Virus record (IMG/VR): IMGVR_UViG_3300024500_000038
Span: 1-56,064 of that record
Origin: a virus
Taxonomy: Duplodnaviria > Caudoviricetes
Reading direction: 5' to 3' (one strand)
Length of the DNA stretch: 56,064 nt
A program made the position numbers and the translations under genes. The notes beneath the pieces were generated by a model. The model saw only the letters and a program-made list of their open reading frames with translations. It did no database searches and was not told where the DNA came from. Of the stretch, positions 28,417 to 38,761 are shown piece after piece (the first letter of the stretch is position 1; every line of letters begins with the position of its first letter).

Positions 28417-29537
28417 CGCACGTACCCCGCTAACGGATTAGCTGCTAGTCCACCAGATGTGTATAGTGTAGTCTGTTCAGATGCACCAATGGCTGGTGGG
28501 GATGGACGAGTAGTCCCATGCACGTCATCGGTTGGCATACCTGTAGCAGTACCATCACCGTTTATGATGTTAGTAACGTATGGCATATACCAAGGCGTAC
28601 GAGGATCAATATCAAAAAGAAATGATCTACCCATATCTATACTTAGGTTGCCAACTAGATTCGTGTTAGCTCCATTGGTTGCTATGTTAGAAGTAGGTGT
28701 AGAACACATTGTAAACCTATTAAAGTTTTCAGATACCTGCCCAGATGTTCCAGCCGCTATACCAGTCTGACATTGATAGAACAAAGTGTTTGTTACTACA
28801 ACTCCTGCTGGGCCAGTTCCGTAAGCGTTAGCTGCCACTTGAATACCTGTTGCCGAGCGTATAGTACAGTTTTTCACTGTAACAGCAGACGCGACACGAC
28901 CACTATTTGCAGACGAAAAAAATATTCCACGATTTAATGTAGACGTTATTACACAGTTTTCAATATTAAGGTTTAAGTTCCAATCAGAACCGCCACCTAA
29001 GTTTGGCACAATCAATATTGCATCCGACAAACCACTTATTATGCATCGTCTAATATTGCATCCCAACGCAACACTTGCGCCAGATGACATTGCTATTGTG
29101 CCTTGATTTTGATTTATAAGAACGCAATCTTCAATGTCTATATTGATTGACCCGTTAGGCACATCAATACACCTGGAAACACTTTCCATTCTAATTCCAC
29201 GAATGGTTATATTGTCTCTCCCATTTAGGTTCAACAGGGTTGTACCAGTACCTGACGCGTCATCAGTGGTGAGAAAACCAGACAATCTAACTTCACCAGC
29301 CGTACCAAATATAGCACCGTTGTAATCGCCAATGACAAAAGCGCGTGTAGTCGGAGATGTGTTTAGTGCTGTTACTGTTTCGCGATATACACCAGGTTCA
29401 ACGTACACCGTGTCACCACTTGTAAATCCAGATGCTGAAAACGCTTTAGTAAACGTAGCCCAGGCAGTGGTAGTACTAGTCCCAGCAGCTGCATCGCTTC
29501 CTCCGTTTGCCGGAGTCCTTACGTAGTACGTAGCCAT
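28413..29537 (-). CDS. right-handed beta-helix (pectin-lyase-like) receptor-binding protein
   Basis: MATYYVR...GDTVYVEPGVYRE, repeated IENCVI/VKNCTI strands, DDVHGTTRPSPPAIGA end. Confidence 0.75.
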   Translation of the reverse strand: MATYYVRTPANGGSDAAAGTSTTTAWATFTKAFSASGFTSGDTVYVEPGVYRETVTALNTSPTTRAFVIGDYNGAIFGTAGEVRLSGFLTTDDASGTGTTLLNLNGRDNITIRGIRMESVSRCIDVPNGSINIDIEDCVLINQNQGTIAMSSGASVALGCNIRRCIISGLSDAILIVPNLGGGSDWNLNLNIENCVITSTLNRGIFFSSANSGRVASAVTVKNCTIRSATGIQVAANAYGTGPAGVVVTNTLFYQCQTGIAAGTSGQVSENFNRFTMCSTPTSNIATNGANTNLVGNLSIDMGRSFLFDIDPRTPWYMPYVTNIINGDGTATGMPTDDVHGTTRPSPPAIGASEQTTLYTSGGLAANPLAGYVR

Positions 29538-29758
29538 TACGGAGTTACTTCATCCTTGATGTACGTAATGAACATACCAAGAATGTCAAGCTGGAAGTCT
29601 TCAGATTGACTGTTCCACCAACTATTGATATCAGTGCCATCTGGCCCAAAGTCAGCAACTTTGTTGCCTTCTGTGTCATACACGTCTGCTTTTATAATCC
29701 AGTTAGGCACGGGTTGTGTCACGCGAATGTACTCTACGTTTTTAAGTACAGTAGTCAT
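29537..29758 (-). CDS. small hypothetical protein (possible chaperone)
   Basis: 73 aa, translationally coupled on both sides. Confidence 0.65.
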   Translation of the reverse strand: MTTVLKNVEYIRVTQPVPNWIIKADVYDTEGNKVADFGPDGTDINSWWNSQSEDFQLDILGMFITYIKDEVTP

Positions 29759-30750
29759 CAGGTTGGATCCACCGTTACGTTAGCCGTGTTCGATAGCGAG
29801 GCAGTCCATGCTGTTGTAGCATCGTCTTCTTTGGTGACAGTCATCACGCCAGACGCTACAGATACCTTATTACGCATTGCACGTAATGCTGATCGAACTG
29901 TGCGTTCGTTTAGCGTATCTGTACCATTACCAGTACTGTCTAAGTTACGATTTAATACGGCATCTGCAACCTGAACTGCGGTTGGTGCTGACAGGCCAGT
30001 TTGGATTTCAGTAACAAAGGATGAGTCCGTAGCAGCTGCTGTCAACACGTCTGGCTGAAATTGGTGAATATCGGCTGCCGCATGATTAGACCCAGTGACT
30101 TGTATTTTGAAATTCGTATTAGAAGACAACAACGGGTAACCACCAAATGTGTCAAATGTTATAAACCTGGCGTTACTAGCCGTGGCGTCATTGCCTAATC
30201 TCATAGTGATAGCATTATTAGCAATTGTAGTAGCAGTAATAGCACCTGTTCCAAATGCGGCATTAGTAATTGATCCTGCTGTAAAACCACCTACCGTTAC
30301 GTTTCCAGATACTGTAACTGGACCAGTAAGTGTACGTGTGGTTGCTGCCCAAATTTGCGATGCTGTAGGATCCAAAGAAGCAGTCAACTGCCTGTCAGAG
30401 TGACTCCAAACCTGTGCAGCAGTAGCACCGCTAGGTTGCATCCAGTCATAGTTTAAGACTTCAGCCATCAACACTACAGGACGGATATTAGTATCACTGA
30501 CCGTAACCGTAAGTATTCCAAGGTCACTAAGGTATGTTTGAGGGATTTCGTAATACCAATGACCAACACTAATGTGGGTTAAAGTTGCTGGAGTCAAAGG
30601 CTGTGAGCCAAATGCAACGCCATTACGAAATAAATTGACTGTTGCTCCTGAGAGAGAAGTTACAGGTGTATACCCATCAGTAGGAGAAGCCAAGAACATA
30701 TAGATACGTCTATACGTTGCCGTTGTTTCATTTTGCTTGAACTTCTGCAT
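29758..30750 (-). CDS. tail appendage/adaptor protein, paralog of 27397-28416
   Basis: C-terminus SALRAMRNKVSVASGVMTVTKEDDATTAWTA...DPT. Confidence 0.6.
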   Translation of the reverse strand: MQKFKQNETTATYRRIYMFLASPTDGYTPVTSLSGATVNLFRNGVAFGSQPLTPATLTHISVGHWYYEIPQTYLSDLGILTVTVSDTNIRPVVLMAEVLNYDWMQPSGATAAQVWSHSDRQLTASLDPTASQIWAATTRTLTGPVTVSGNVTVGGFTAGSITNAAFGTGAITATTIANNAITMRLGNDATASNARFITFDTFGGYPLLSSNTNFKIQVTGSNHAAADIHQFQPDVLTAAATDSSFVTEIQTGLSAPTAVQVADAVLNRNLDSTGNGTDTLNERTVRSALRAMRNKVSVASGVMTVTKEDDATTAWTASLSNTANVTVDPT

Positions 30751-31853
30751 TAGTTAATACCTGCGTTTATTGTATACCGAGGGGCTGCCGTTAATGTGCT
30801 TGGAGGTGTTGGTCCAGTCGCTGGACTAAAACCATCGATATCCAGGTTCATCACATACCTGAAAGTCCCGGACTCCGTCCACGTATTTGCAGTAATATCT
30901 GCCTCTACTCCAAACGTCGGAATGTCGGATAGGCAGTTTGCATCCTGCGCACGATTGAATGTAAGTTTAGGGATGTTAAAGGCATCCCCACTATTCTGTA
31001 TTCCAACAACATATTTTACGCCTGTAGTTAAAAGCTGTGGCGTGGTAAATGGGAAATACGTATGACCATTAGTTGTATAAGTAGCATTTACAAATGAGGG
31101 AGCAGCCCCATCTCCTATAACTCTACTAGTTATTAAAGTTGGTGGGTATGAGGTTGCGTTATATAACCTCAAAGAAGCTGTTACAAAGTTTGGGTTTGCG
31201 CCTATAGGTGCAAGTATCCCTTGCAATGTACAAGTACCACCCATTGAGGTAGGAACCGTAAACGCTACTCCAGCCAACGTGTTAGTACTAAATGAACCAA
31301 TATTGACAATACTTTGACTTTGCACAGGATACCCATATGTTTTTGTTGATGAGGCAACTCCGAATCTAAAGGGTCCTATGTCTTGAGTCCACGTTCTTGC
31401 AAATGGCTGTGCAGACATCAGCGTGTAGTCACGTTTATTTTGATCCTGCGTTGACACCAAGCTAAGTCCACCACTCCACGTCCCATACGTTTCAAGACCT
31501 ATGGCAACTGTATTACCCCTAGTAATATTTTGTGGTGTAGTAAGATTCCACCATATAAATGTCGGCGTACTGATGCCTGGTGTAATACTGACTGGATTCG
31601 GATCAGTGTAAGTTTTAGTGGTCAGAGGGTTTGCTGGCAATGACTGTCCTTTGACATATTGCCACATAGCAATCCGGACGGGTGGAGTGCCAGACGAACT
31701 AGATACGCACATACCTAGTTGTGTAATAGTCATATCTTCTTCTGCTGTAAACACGTTGACTATGTATTGACTAGCAGCAGTGAATGTCCATTGAGAATAA
31801 CCGAAGGCTGGAACAAAGCCAGTGCCATATCTGCTGACTGTGTTGATAATCAC
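30750..31853 (-). CDS. beta-rich putative receptor-binding protein
   Basis: Thr/aromatic-rich; GTGA overlap start at 31853. Confidence 0.55.
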   Translation of the reverse strand: MIINTVSRYGTGFVPAFGYSQWTFTAASQYIVNVFTAEEDMTITQLGMCVSSSSGTPPVRIAMWQYVKGQSLPANPLTTKTYTDPNPVSITPGISTPTFIWWNLTTPQNITRGNTVAIGLETYGTWSGGLSLVSTQDQNKRDYTLMSAQPFARTWTQDIGPFRFGVASSTKTYGYPVQSQSIVNIGSFSTNTLAGVAFTVPTSMGGTCTLQGILAPIGANPNFVTASLRLYNATSYPPTLITSRVIGDGAAPSFVNATYTTNGHTYFPFTTPQLLTTGVKYVVGIQNSGDAFNIPKLTFNRAQDANCLSDIPTFGVEADITANTWTESGTFRYVMNLDIDGFSPATGPTPPSTLTAAPRYTINAGIN

Positions 31854-32110
31854 GATGCGACCACCCAAATATTGTCTGGGTCGCTGATTGATAGAGACGC
31901 GGTTTTACCATCAACTCTTTGTTCTGAATAGTCCAGCAACAAAAGCGTTCTCAGTAATAGTTTTATTTGTGGCGTTAAGTCGGTGCAATAATCTAAAAAA
32001 GCTTGGTCGTTCTCAAACACCAATGACTCAGATTCATTCCACCAGATAATTAACCTACCATCCGGCATTTGATCAGCTCGATATATATGTGCAGAATCTT
32101 GATACGTCAT
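31850..32110 (-). CDS. small hypothetical protein
   Basis: 86 aa, coupled on both sides. Confidence 0.65.
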   Translation of the reverse strand: MTYQDSAHIYRADQMPDGRLIIWWNESESLVFENDQAFLDYCTDLTPQIKLLLRTLLLLDYSEQRVDGKTASLSISDPDNIWVVAS

Positions 32111-32388
32111 TACACTTCAATCTTTTTAATTAACTTTTCAGCTATGGCATTTACTAATTGAACAGATCTAAGACCTAAAATTCCAACTGCAAATGCAACT
32201 CCTACAACTTGATCTGGCGTATTCCAGCCTACTTGCTTAGCAATAATTGGAGTTAAATAAACTGCTGAGAAGGTGCCAGCAATAACACCAGATAGACCAT
32301 GCCAAAAGTTTCTGACTTTGGTTTTATCCCACCAGTCTGTACCAGCAACAGCTCCAACTGCACCTGCAATAAGTTGCTCTTTATCCAT
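32110..32388 (-). CDS. putative holin
   Basis: ~92 aa, 2-3 hydrophobic segments, basic C-terminus. Confidence 0.65.
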   Translation of the reverse strand: MDKEQLIAGAVGAVAGTDWWDKTKVRNFWHGLSGVIAGTFSAVYLTPIIAKQVGWNTPDQVVGVAFAVGILGLRSVQLVNAIAEKLIKKIEV

Positions 32389-32677
32389 CGATGTCCCTCG
32401 TCGTTTCACTGACTTTTCTCACCTCCGGTACGTTTATTGAAAACACTGGAAGGCTGCTATCTTGTCGCATAAAGAAGGCAATCAACGCAGTTGTCATTGC
32501 GGGTATACCAGCACGAAGGCCTTCAATGCCAGAAATTAATAGAGCGCGAGTCACCGTGCCAAAAGATGCTGTATCAGCAATGTGTTGTGCTTTCCAGGCG
32601 GCGTCGAATTCTGGTGCAGCTGATGCAACAAATGCACCAAGCCCGATTAGAATCATACGACCCCAAGCTACATTCAT
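32381..32677 (-). CDS. membrane protein (holin/antiholin-like)
   Basis: Hydrophobic segments; adjacent to the holin. Confidence 0.45.
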   Translation of the reverse strand: MNVAWGRMILIGLGAFVASAAPEFDAAWKAQHIADTASFGTVTRALLISGIEGLRAGIPAMTTALIAFFMRQDSSLPVFSINVPEVRKVSETTRDIDG

Positions 32678-33420
32678 TTCGGCATCACCGGAGGTATCGC
32701 AAAAGGTCCACCTGGCGTTCTTAGTCCAGAGTCAAGCTGAGCATACAACGTCATGCGAATATTATTGTACATAGCATTAAGAAAGCTACGTTCAGCTATG
32801 GTTGGATCATCAACATTCTTCATCACTATCCGATTGGCGGCATAGGCAGCGAGTGCTTGTCGCAAGATGTCGTCTGGTAGAAATGAGAATGACTTTAAGT
32901 TATCTGTTCCAGCTATCCCACTAAGCGCAGTGTCCGGCATTCCATATCCGTAGACAGTTATAGTTAATGATGCGCTGCAATAGGGATACAAACTGATTGC
33001 GTAGTTGTCATGTCGATACCAATGCGTAACGGAAGTTGTTGTCGCTGTAATATTGGCGGCGTAACCTAGATCATGCGCGCGAATACTGGACTCACTAGCA
33101 TGAGTCAACCTCGTACCAGCAAGATATACATCGGACGGAAACCATAATTGACCACTTGCAGGAAGAGTAATACTTAAATCAGATAGTTGTTTTGTGCGAA
33201 TATTGGCACCATATGCAATTGTTCCACTAGCGGGGATAGCGACGCACGATCGGCAAAGTTCTGCTACACCCTCCATGATGAACTTGTTAATATTCGAATC
33301 ACTATCATCACCGGATGCTACTGTGCCAAGTCCCGTAGATAAAGCGCCAACAGTACTGTTCGTGGCCTCATTTAGGAGCTTATAGACCTCCTTACGGATA
33401 GTCTGAATGGTTTGCGCCAT
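32674..33420 (-). CDS. head-tail adaptor / tubular protein A-like
   Basis: TIQTIRKEVYKLLNE N-terminus, ISLYPY, helical C-terminus; position. Confidence 0.6.
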   Translation of the reverse strand: MAQTIQTIRKEVYKLLNEATNSTVGALSTGLGTVASGDDSDSNINKFIMEGVAELCRSCVAIPASGTIAYGANIRTKQLSDLSITLPASGQLWFPSDVYLAGTRLTHASESSIRAHDLGYAANITATTTSVTHWYRHDNYAISLYPYCSASLTITVYGYGMPDTALSGIAGTDNLKSFSFLPDDILRQALAAYAANRIVMKNVDDPTIAERSFLNAMYNNIRMTLYAQLDSGLRTPGGPFAIPPVMPK

Positions 33421-34067
33421 TATGGTGTCCTTCGCGCGTACGTGGCGGCGTATGACTCTACAAGACCAAGCCGCTCATTATATTGTGCGTTGTAGATAGT
33501 GAAGCCGCCTTCATTACCAATCATGGCAGCTTTATTGGCCAACATCCCGTATACGACACAGTCGTGCGCTACATCAGGCAACGGGCATTCATCATTGTCT
33601 GTAGGATTCTGTGCGACGCCGGCAGTTGAGTAAACCCAGTAATCGCCAGGCACGGCATATCCCTCTACTAGTAATCCTTGAGTTACAGCAGCCGTAGGAA
33701 TCGGATAGACACCTATGCGATTCATTCCATAGATAACTGCGTACTCAGGATACGAAGCGGTTGGGTCGCTTCTAAATTGGTCAACCTTTTGATCAAACGC
33801 ATCAAACAATCGCATGCGTCGATATTCGCCAAGGTTGTTTTTGGCCTGTATGTTACGAATTTTGTATAGGTCTGGCGCACAATACTCTTTAGTATTTGCC
33901 ACCAGATCGAGATACCGACGGCCAAAATAGCAGTCGGTAGCTCGAGCGATCTGATTGGTCGTCTCAATAATGAGCAGGTCGAGACCAAACGGATCTTGGT
34001 CCGGATCCGAACCAAAGTAGTGCCGACCAAGTAGTCGGAACCGCCGTTTGATCTCTCCCCTAGTCAT
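33420..34067 (-). CDS. head-tail adaptor / tubular protein A-like
   Basis: MTRGEIKRR, IGVYPIP, DECPLPDVAHDCVVYG pattern. Confidence 0.65.
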   Translation of the reverse strand: MTRGEIKRRFRLLGRHYFGSDPDQDPFGLDLLIIETTNQIARATDCYFGRRYLDLVANTKEYCAPDLYKIRNIQAKNNLGEYRRMRLFDAFDQKVDQFRSDPTASYPEYAVIYGMNRIGVYPIPTAAVTQGLLVEGYAVPGDYWVYSTAGVAQNPTDNDECPLPDVAHDCVVYGMLANKAAMIGNEGGFTIYNAQYNERLGLVESYAATYARRTP

Positions 34068-34588
34068 TACGAGTAGGCCCCATCCTTACCGGAGACGATA
34101 GCCGCGGTAGATGTATAGGTAACGTTTGGAGTTGTTCCACCATTGAAGATTGGTGTAGCGGTTACACGCAAACGGTTGTAGTTGTCCTGGACGTTATTGC
34201 TTGCATCAACAAAAGACTGAGGTACGACTACAGGAAGGAATGCCGTAACGCCGCCATCAGCAACACCGGATGCAACTGTCATTTTTAGTCCATCTGGAAG
34301 CTGTGCAAACGTACCAGTTGTTGCGGCTCCTAGCACCTGGCCTGGCGTAGAGCTAACAGTGAAGAAGTTAGTTCCATCATCAGATGCTTCTACACTAAAG
34401 ATCCATGCAATACCAGTAGGAGTGCCGACTGTAGCTGTTGCATTCACGGTGAAACGAACAACCAACTCACGACGATGTCCCTGAATAAATGGGTCAATAG
34501 TCAGTGTGTTTGACGTTTGCTTCGTACCACCTGTTGCGGTAGCTCCTCCAGTAAATGCAGGAAATACAAGTAATCCATCTCTTGCCAT
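34067..34588 (-). CDS. putative capsid decoration/cement protein
   Basis: Beta-rich, VEASDDGTNF; immediately downstream of the major capsid gene. Confidence 0.5.
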   Translation of the reverse strand: MARDGLLVFPAFTGGATATGGTKQTSNTLTIDPFIQGHRRELVVRFTVNATATVGTPTGIAWIFSVEASDDGTNFFTVSSTPGQVLGAATTGTFAQLPDGLKMTVASGVADGGVTAFLPVVVPQSFVDASNNVQDNYNRLRVTATPIFNGGTTPNVTYTSTAAIVSGKDGAYS

Positions 34589-34598
34589 AATTTACTCC

Positions 34599-35621
34599 TT
34601 AAGCAATCTTGATGTTGAATACACGACCGATTGCGCGAGTATGTGGTACCCACAAACCAACGCCCCAATCGAAGACGATATTGTGCAGGACACCGTTTTC
34701 TTTCGACAAACCAAGGTATGTCGGTTTAAACGGACCTGGCTGCCAACCTGTGCAGTAGCCATCACCGTAGCGGACTGCGAACAAAGACTGGAATCCACCT
34801 GCACCCGGTACACCTGCCGCGGTCTCAGATCCAAGGATATGAGTTACACCGTCGGAACGACGTCCAACGGAGCGAATCTTAGCACCCTTGTACATCTCAA
34901 CAGGTCGGTCAAAGGAGTCCTTAGTGACATCAAATCCAGCACCGATACCCATGGTACGGATACCGAATTCGATAGCACGCTTCAGAGCTTCTGAGACGTA
35001 GATTACAACACCATCACCATCAGGTGCGTTCATGTTGTCGAGAAGAGCCTGGAGACGCTCCATAAAGCGGTTTGTACCAGCTGTCGTCGTCAAGTCAGCG
35101 CCAGAGGCACCGTTACCGTTGATAGACATTTCGCCGGGGATGTCAAACTGCTCTGGGTTGGTAAGGCGGTAACGAAGACCAGGGAAGCAGTCAACGTCGT
35201 TGCCAGCGGCAGTGGACGTTGGGTCATTGTCTATGAATTTCTGGTTGAAATCATAAGCGAGAGCTTCCATAAAATAGTTGATCTGCATCTGAACAGGATC
35301 AACGATGTTGTTTGGCTGATCAAGCAGCACATGGTCAACCTGAATCTTGTTACGAATCAGGTACATGCTTTCTTCGTACTGCTTTGGCTTACCCTTACTA
35401 ACAACAGGTTCTTCGTTTACCGTAGCCCAGTTAATGGTTGGAAAAGCGTTAGCCTGGTTGATCATACGTGTGCCAACCTGGCGGAGAGAAGGGTTGGTGA
35501 CAAGCGGGATGTCTTTCAATGCATTCCATGTCTGGTGCAGAGATTTTGTGATCTCTTTTACCAATGGGTCATTCGAGATAATCGCTTGATCGGCAAGTGT
35601 CAATGCATTTGCGTCTGGCAT
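34599..35621 (-). CDS. major capsid protein (epsilon15 gp7-like)
   Basis: LTLADQA N-terminus, FPGLRYRL, DWGVGL...AIGRVFNIK C-terminus; follows scaffold; AGAGG SD. Confidence 0.85.
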   Translation of the reverse strand: MPDANALTLADQAIISNDPLVKEITKSLHQTWNALKDIPLVTNPSLRQVGTRMINQANAFPTINWATVNEEPVVSKGKPKQYEESMYLIRNKIQVDHVLLDQPNNIVDPVQMQINYFMEALAYDFNQKFIDNDPTSTAAGNDVDCFPGLRYRLTNPEQFDIPGEMSINGNGASGADLTTTAGTNRFMERLQALLDNMNAPDGDGVVIYVSEALKRAIEFGIRTMGIGAGFDVTKDSFDRPVEMYKGAKIRSVGRRSDGVTHILGSETAAGVPGAGGFQSLFAVRYGDGYCTGWQPGPFKPTYLGLSKENGVLHNIVFDWGVGLWVPHTRAIGRVFNIKIA

Positions 35622-35633
35622 TTCTTAATCCTC

Positions 35634-36518
35634 TTATAACGAATTTCGTCCTCGGTTGATACCAAGAAGATCAGACCATCCAGCACGTCTCTGTTGACCA
35701 TTATTTACGGGAGCCATACGAGGCGAACCGCTTTGGCCAATAGGTTGTGGAGCGCGACGGCCCTGACTTACTTTTGCAGCAACCTCAGGTACGAGTGAAG
35801 AAACGATTGTGCGAACCTGTTCATGTACTGCCTCTACTGCTTGATATGGGTCATATCCAGCAGCAATGAGGTTGTCAACAAGCGCAGGTGCGCGCGCAGC
35901 CAACGGGAACTGTTCCAATGCAACATCTCTCTGTTGCATCATCATGTAGTTGTTGACTTCTTCCATCTGTCGTTCATACTGCATCTTGGAAAGCTGAGCT
36001 TCCATTTGCATCTGCGCAACATTTGGATCTAACCCTTGTTGGTCAACGAGGCCTTGGTAATACTGCCGGAGCTGTGCTTCCTCGGCTTTTGCTGCCTGTT
36101 CCGCTTGCGCGGCAAGCACTGCCTCAGCGTCTCCGTACCCCTGGCTTTCAAGCTGTTCAATAACTGAACTCCACTTGCTAAGCTTTGACTCAACATCTTG
36201 AAGCTGCCGTGCCTTCTCATTTACCTCACGAAACCTTTCGTAGGGTACAGCGCCCGGCTGCTCATCGGGTTCTTGTGGTGTTACGGTGCGATTAATACCT
36301 AAGACTTCATCAAGGATGTCGTCGTAGTTGTTATCCTCGTAGCCACCATCGTAATCTTGACTCGCAGCCTGACCATCATGCTCGCTTGTCGCCCATTGCG
36401 AGTTATCTCCGGGAGCGGCGTTCTCCTGGATAAAGTCCCGAACCGCGTTCATCATTCCTGACTCGCCCGTCGCCGCTGCTGGTGAGTCAGCGGTACGTGT
36501 CACCATCTCTTCAGGCAT
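35634..36518 (-). CDS. capsid scaffolding protein
   Basis: Acidic N-terminus, VPYERFREVNEK, coiled coil; between portal and capsid genes. Confidence 0.8.
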   Translation of the reverse strand: MPEEMVTRTADSPAAATGESGMMNAVRDFIQENAAPGDNSQWATSEHDGQAASQDYDGGYEDNNYDDILDEVLGINRTVTPQEPDEQPGAVPYERFREVNEKARQLQDVESKLSKWSSVIEQLESQGYGDAEAVLAAQAEQAAKAEEAQLRQYYQGLVDQQGLDPNVAQMQMEAQLSKMQYERQMEEVNNYMMMQQRDVALEQFPLAARAPALVDNLIAAGYDPYQAVEAVHEQVRTIVSSLVPEVAAKVSQGRRAPQPIGQSGSPRMAPVNNGQQRRAGWSDLLGINRGRNSL

Positions 36519-36544
36519 ATATCAGTTACTCCTATCTTAGCACA

Positions 36545-38761
36545 TCAACTTTTTTGTTTTGGTACACGGGTACCCTGTTGCTGCGCTTCCCCTGCTCCTT
36601 TACCGGAGATTAGGTCCCTACTAACATCAGTGATGGCCTTAGCCGCATAGTTGTTAGTGTCGATCTTGGCTTGCTCTTGCATCTTCTGTACATCGAGCTG
36701 AGCCTTCGCTTGATCCTGTTGCATTTGCAATTGAGCCTTCATCTGCTCTGCCTCAGGATTGAATTTCTGTTGAGCGGCCATTTGAGCCTGTTGCATCTGC
36801 ATCATCTGCTCCTGCATTGCCTGCTGTTTTTGAGCCTGGAATGCGAGATTCTGTAGGATGTCAGATGTTTCCGGCAGTTGTAGCATACGTACAACCATGG
36901 CGTTTGTCTCTGGGTCGTTTGGATCTCCGAATAGACCCATCTGCCGAAGCATAACGACCTTCTGTAGTTTCTGGTCATCCGACTCGCGTTGCGAAGAACC
37001 AGGAATGTACACAACACGATACTGACCACCAGAACGGATTGAATCGTACGTGATGATCCCCTGTTGGATTTCATTGCGTGGGTTGATGTTGTCATCCACA
37101 GAACCGATGAACGGCGCGACAGCGAACTGCTCTACTAGTGCGATCTCCCACTCTTTGATAGTGGCGATACTGCGTTCGATATCAGCTCGAATATAACTGT
37201 GCTGAGTGTTATCTGCACGCTGTAGCAACTTCACCGCTTCAGCAGGTGTTCCGGCCTGGGCCTGACCCTGACTAACATCATGAAGACCAGCAATGTCCAT
37301 CATGTCCTTTTCAAAAGACTGAAGCATTGGGAAGATCTCATTGGAAATGCCAGGCGCTCGTTGGATTACAGGAGGCTGAGAACCGCGGTTATAGTAAACC
37401 TTACGGTAGATACGAGCCTTATCATCGATGTCATCACTTGACTGTTGGAAGGCATCGGCGCCAATGTTAGCTCCGCGCTCTACCATGATGTAGTCTTTGT
37501 TCTGCTCGAACTGTTCGATCATGCGGCTATAAACACGGTTGTATCCAAGCTGCAATGGGCAAAGGTCGAACGCCAGGCTATGACCATACGGCGTGCCTGA
37601 TCGTGGCTGCCAGCGCAGAGGGATAAACGGAAACTTATCCTTCTTGTTGTATGGCCAATCGCCGGCGTACAACAACGCAGTGTTTGTACTTACGATGTAA
37701 CGCCCATTAGGGTAAACCGCAGTGGGCTTTTCCCAGTATTCGTAGACAATAGCACTTGCCTTCTTAATGTCTACGTTATTAAGTCTTGCAGTAGACGGCT
37801 GTACCCATCCAGTTCCACTTGCATTAGCGCCTTCAAGGTAAGCATCCACATAACCAGCGTTCTGACCAGTGACTGCGTCAGGCTCGACAAGCTTACCAGC
37901 ATCACCGTAGTTGTCAACGAACCACGAAAGCGGTTTGATTGATGCATGAATTATGTAACGAACATCCTCGTCACGTTGGGCTTTTGGATCAAGAAATACA
38001 TTGAAACATGGGACGATTTCTTCATCCACATCACCAAGCGGTAGTTCTTTGTAACCGGTAATCTCACCGCTGTCCAAGTCTCGCATTGGAATTACAACCG
38101 GCGACTTAGCATTCCAACTGACCTTGACAAAGCTGGTACCAGTGATACACGCCCAACGGACGCGCTCTTTTGTCTGGGTTTCGCGTGAGAACTTACGTGT
38201 GTAATGGCCTGCGATAAAGTTTGCTTCATCGGCTGCTTGTTGATCCTTAGGATTGTAAGACAATGGAACAGCGCGACAGTCTGGCGCGACCTGTGTCAGT
38301 TTTCCTACTACACCGTCAATCAATGGCCGAATCTTATTGACCGTCATGTAACGATGAGGTGGATCTCTGTCGCTCTGAAGTGTAACCAGGTTACGTGTTT
38401 GACTGTTGATGCGAAACCACTGACGGCCTTCGAAGAATGCCAAAGCCTGCGCCCATTCGATTTCCATCTCCTGGCGCGCGCGATACGCTTCATCAAACTG
38501 ATTACGTACGTACCCGGTGACTTTCTTGGCTTCTTCGGGTTGTTCCTTTGGATCAACTGACCATTGGTTTGGCTCGATGTCGATACCAAGGATGTCTTCA
38601 TCTTCTACATCCGTAGACTTTACTTCAAAGCTACCACGCATACCTGTCGCCTCTGGGCGTTGCAGGGCAGCCATCTGTGGCGGCTTGCGTAACTTAGCTG
38701 TGATATTAGCCAACATCTGTGGGAACAGACTGTTGGGTATCTTTGGCTGCTTTGGTTCCAT
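36545..38761 (-). CDS. portal protein (P22-like, Gln-rich C-terminal barrel)
   Basis: FFEGRQW, NKIRPLIDGVVG, FLDPKA, poly-Q/M tail; downstream of TerL. Confidence 0.9.
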   Translation of the reverse strand: MEPKQPKIPNSLFPQMLANITAKLRKPPQMAALQRPEATGMRGSFEVKSTDVEDEDILGIDIEPNQWSVDPKEQPEEAKKVTGYVRNQFDEAYRARQEMEIEWAQALAFFEGRQWFRINSQTRNLVTLQSDRDPPHRYMTVNKIRPLIDGVVGKLTQVAPDCRAVPLSYNPKDQQAADEANFIAGHYTRKFSRETQTKERVRWACITGTSFVKVSWNAKSPVVIPMRDLDSGEITGYKELPLGDVDEEIVPCFNVFLDPKAQRDEDVRYIIHASIKPLSWFVDNYGDAGKLVEPDAVTGQNAGYVDAYLEGANASGTGWVQPSTARLNNVDIKKASAIVYEYWEKPTAVYPNGRYIVSTNTALLYAGDWPYNKKDKFPFIPLRWQPRSGTPYGHSLAFDLCPLQLGYNRVYSRMIEQFEQNKDYIMVERGANIGADAFQQSSDDIDDKARIYRKVYYNRGSQPPVIQRAPGISNEIFPMLQSFEKDMMDIAGLHDVSQGQAQAGTPAEAVKLLQRADNTQHSYIRADIERSIATIKEWEIALVEQFAVAPFIGSVDDNINPRNEIQQGIITYDSIRSGGQYRVVYIPGSSQRESDDQKLQKVVMLRQMGLFGDPNDPETNAMVVRMLQLPETSDILQNLAFQAQKQQAMQEQMMQMQQAQMAAQQKFNPEAEQMKAQLQMQQDQAKAQLDVQKMQEQAKIDTNNYAAKAITDVSRDLISGKGAGEAQQQGTRVPKQKS

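Noticed and set aside
27397-31853. Diversity-generating retroelement or invertase system for tail variation
   Set aside because: No reverse transcriptase or recombinase, and the paralogs are diverged at DNA level rather than differing only at adenines.
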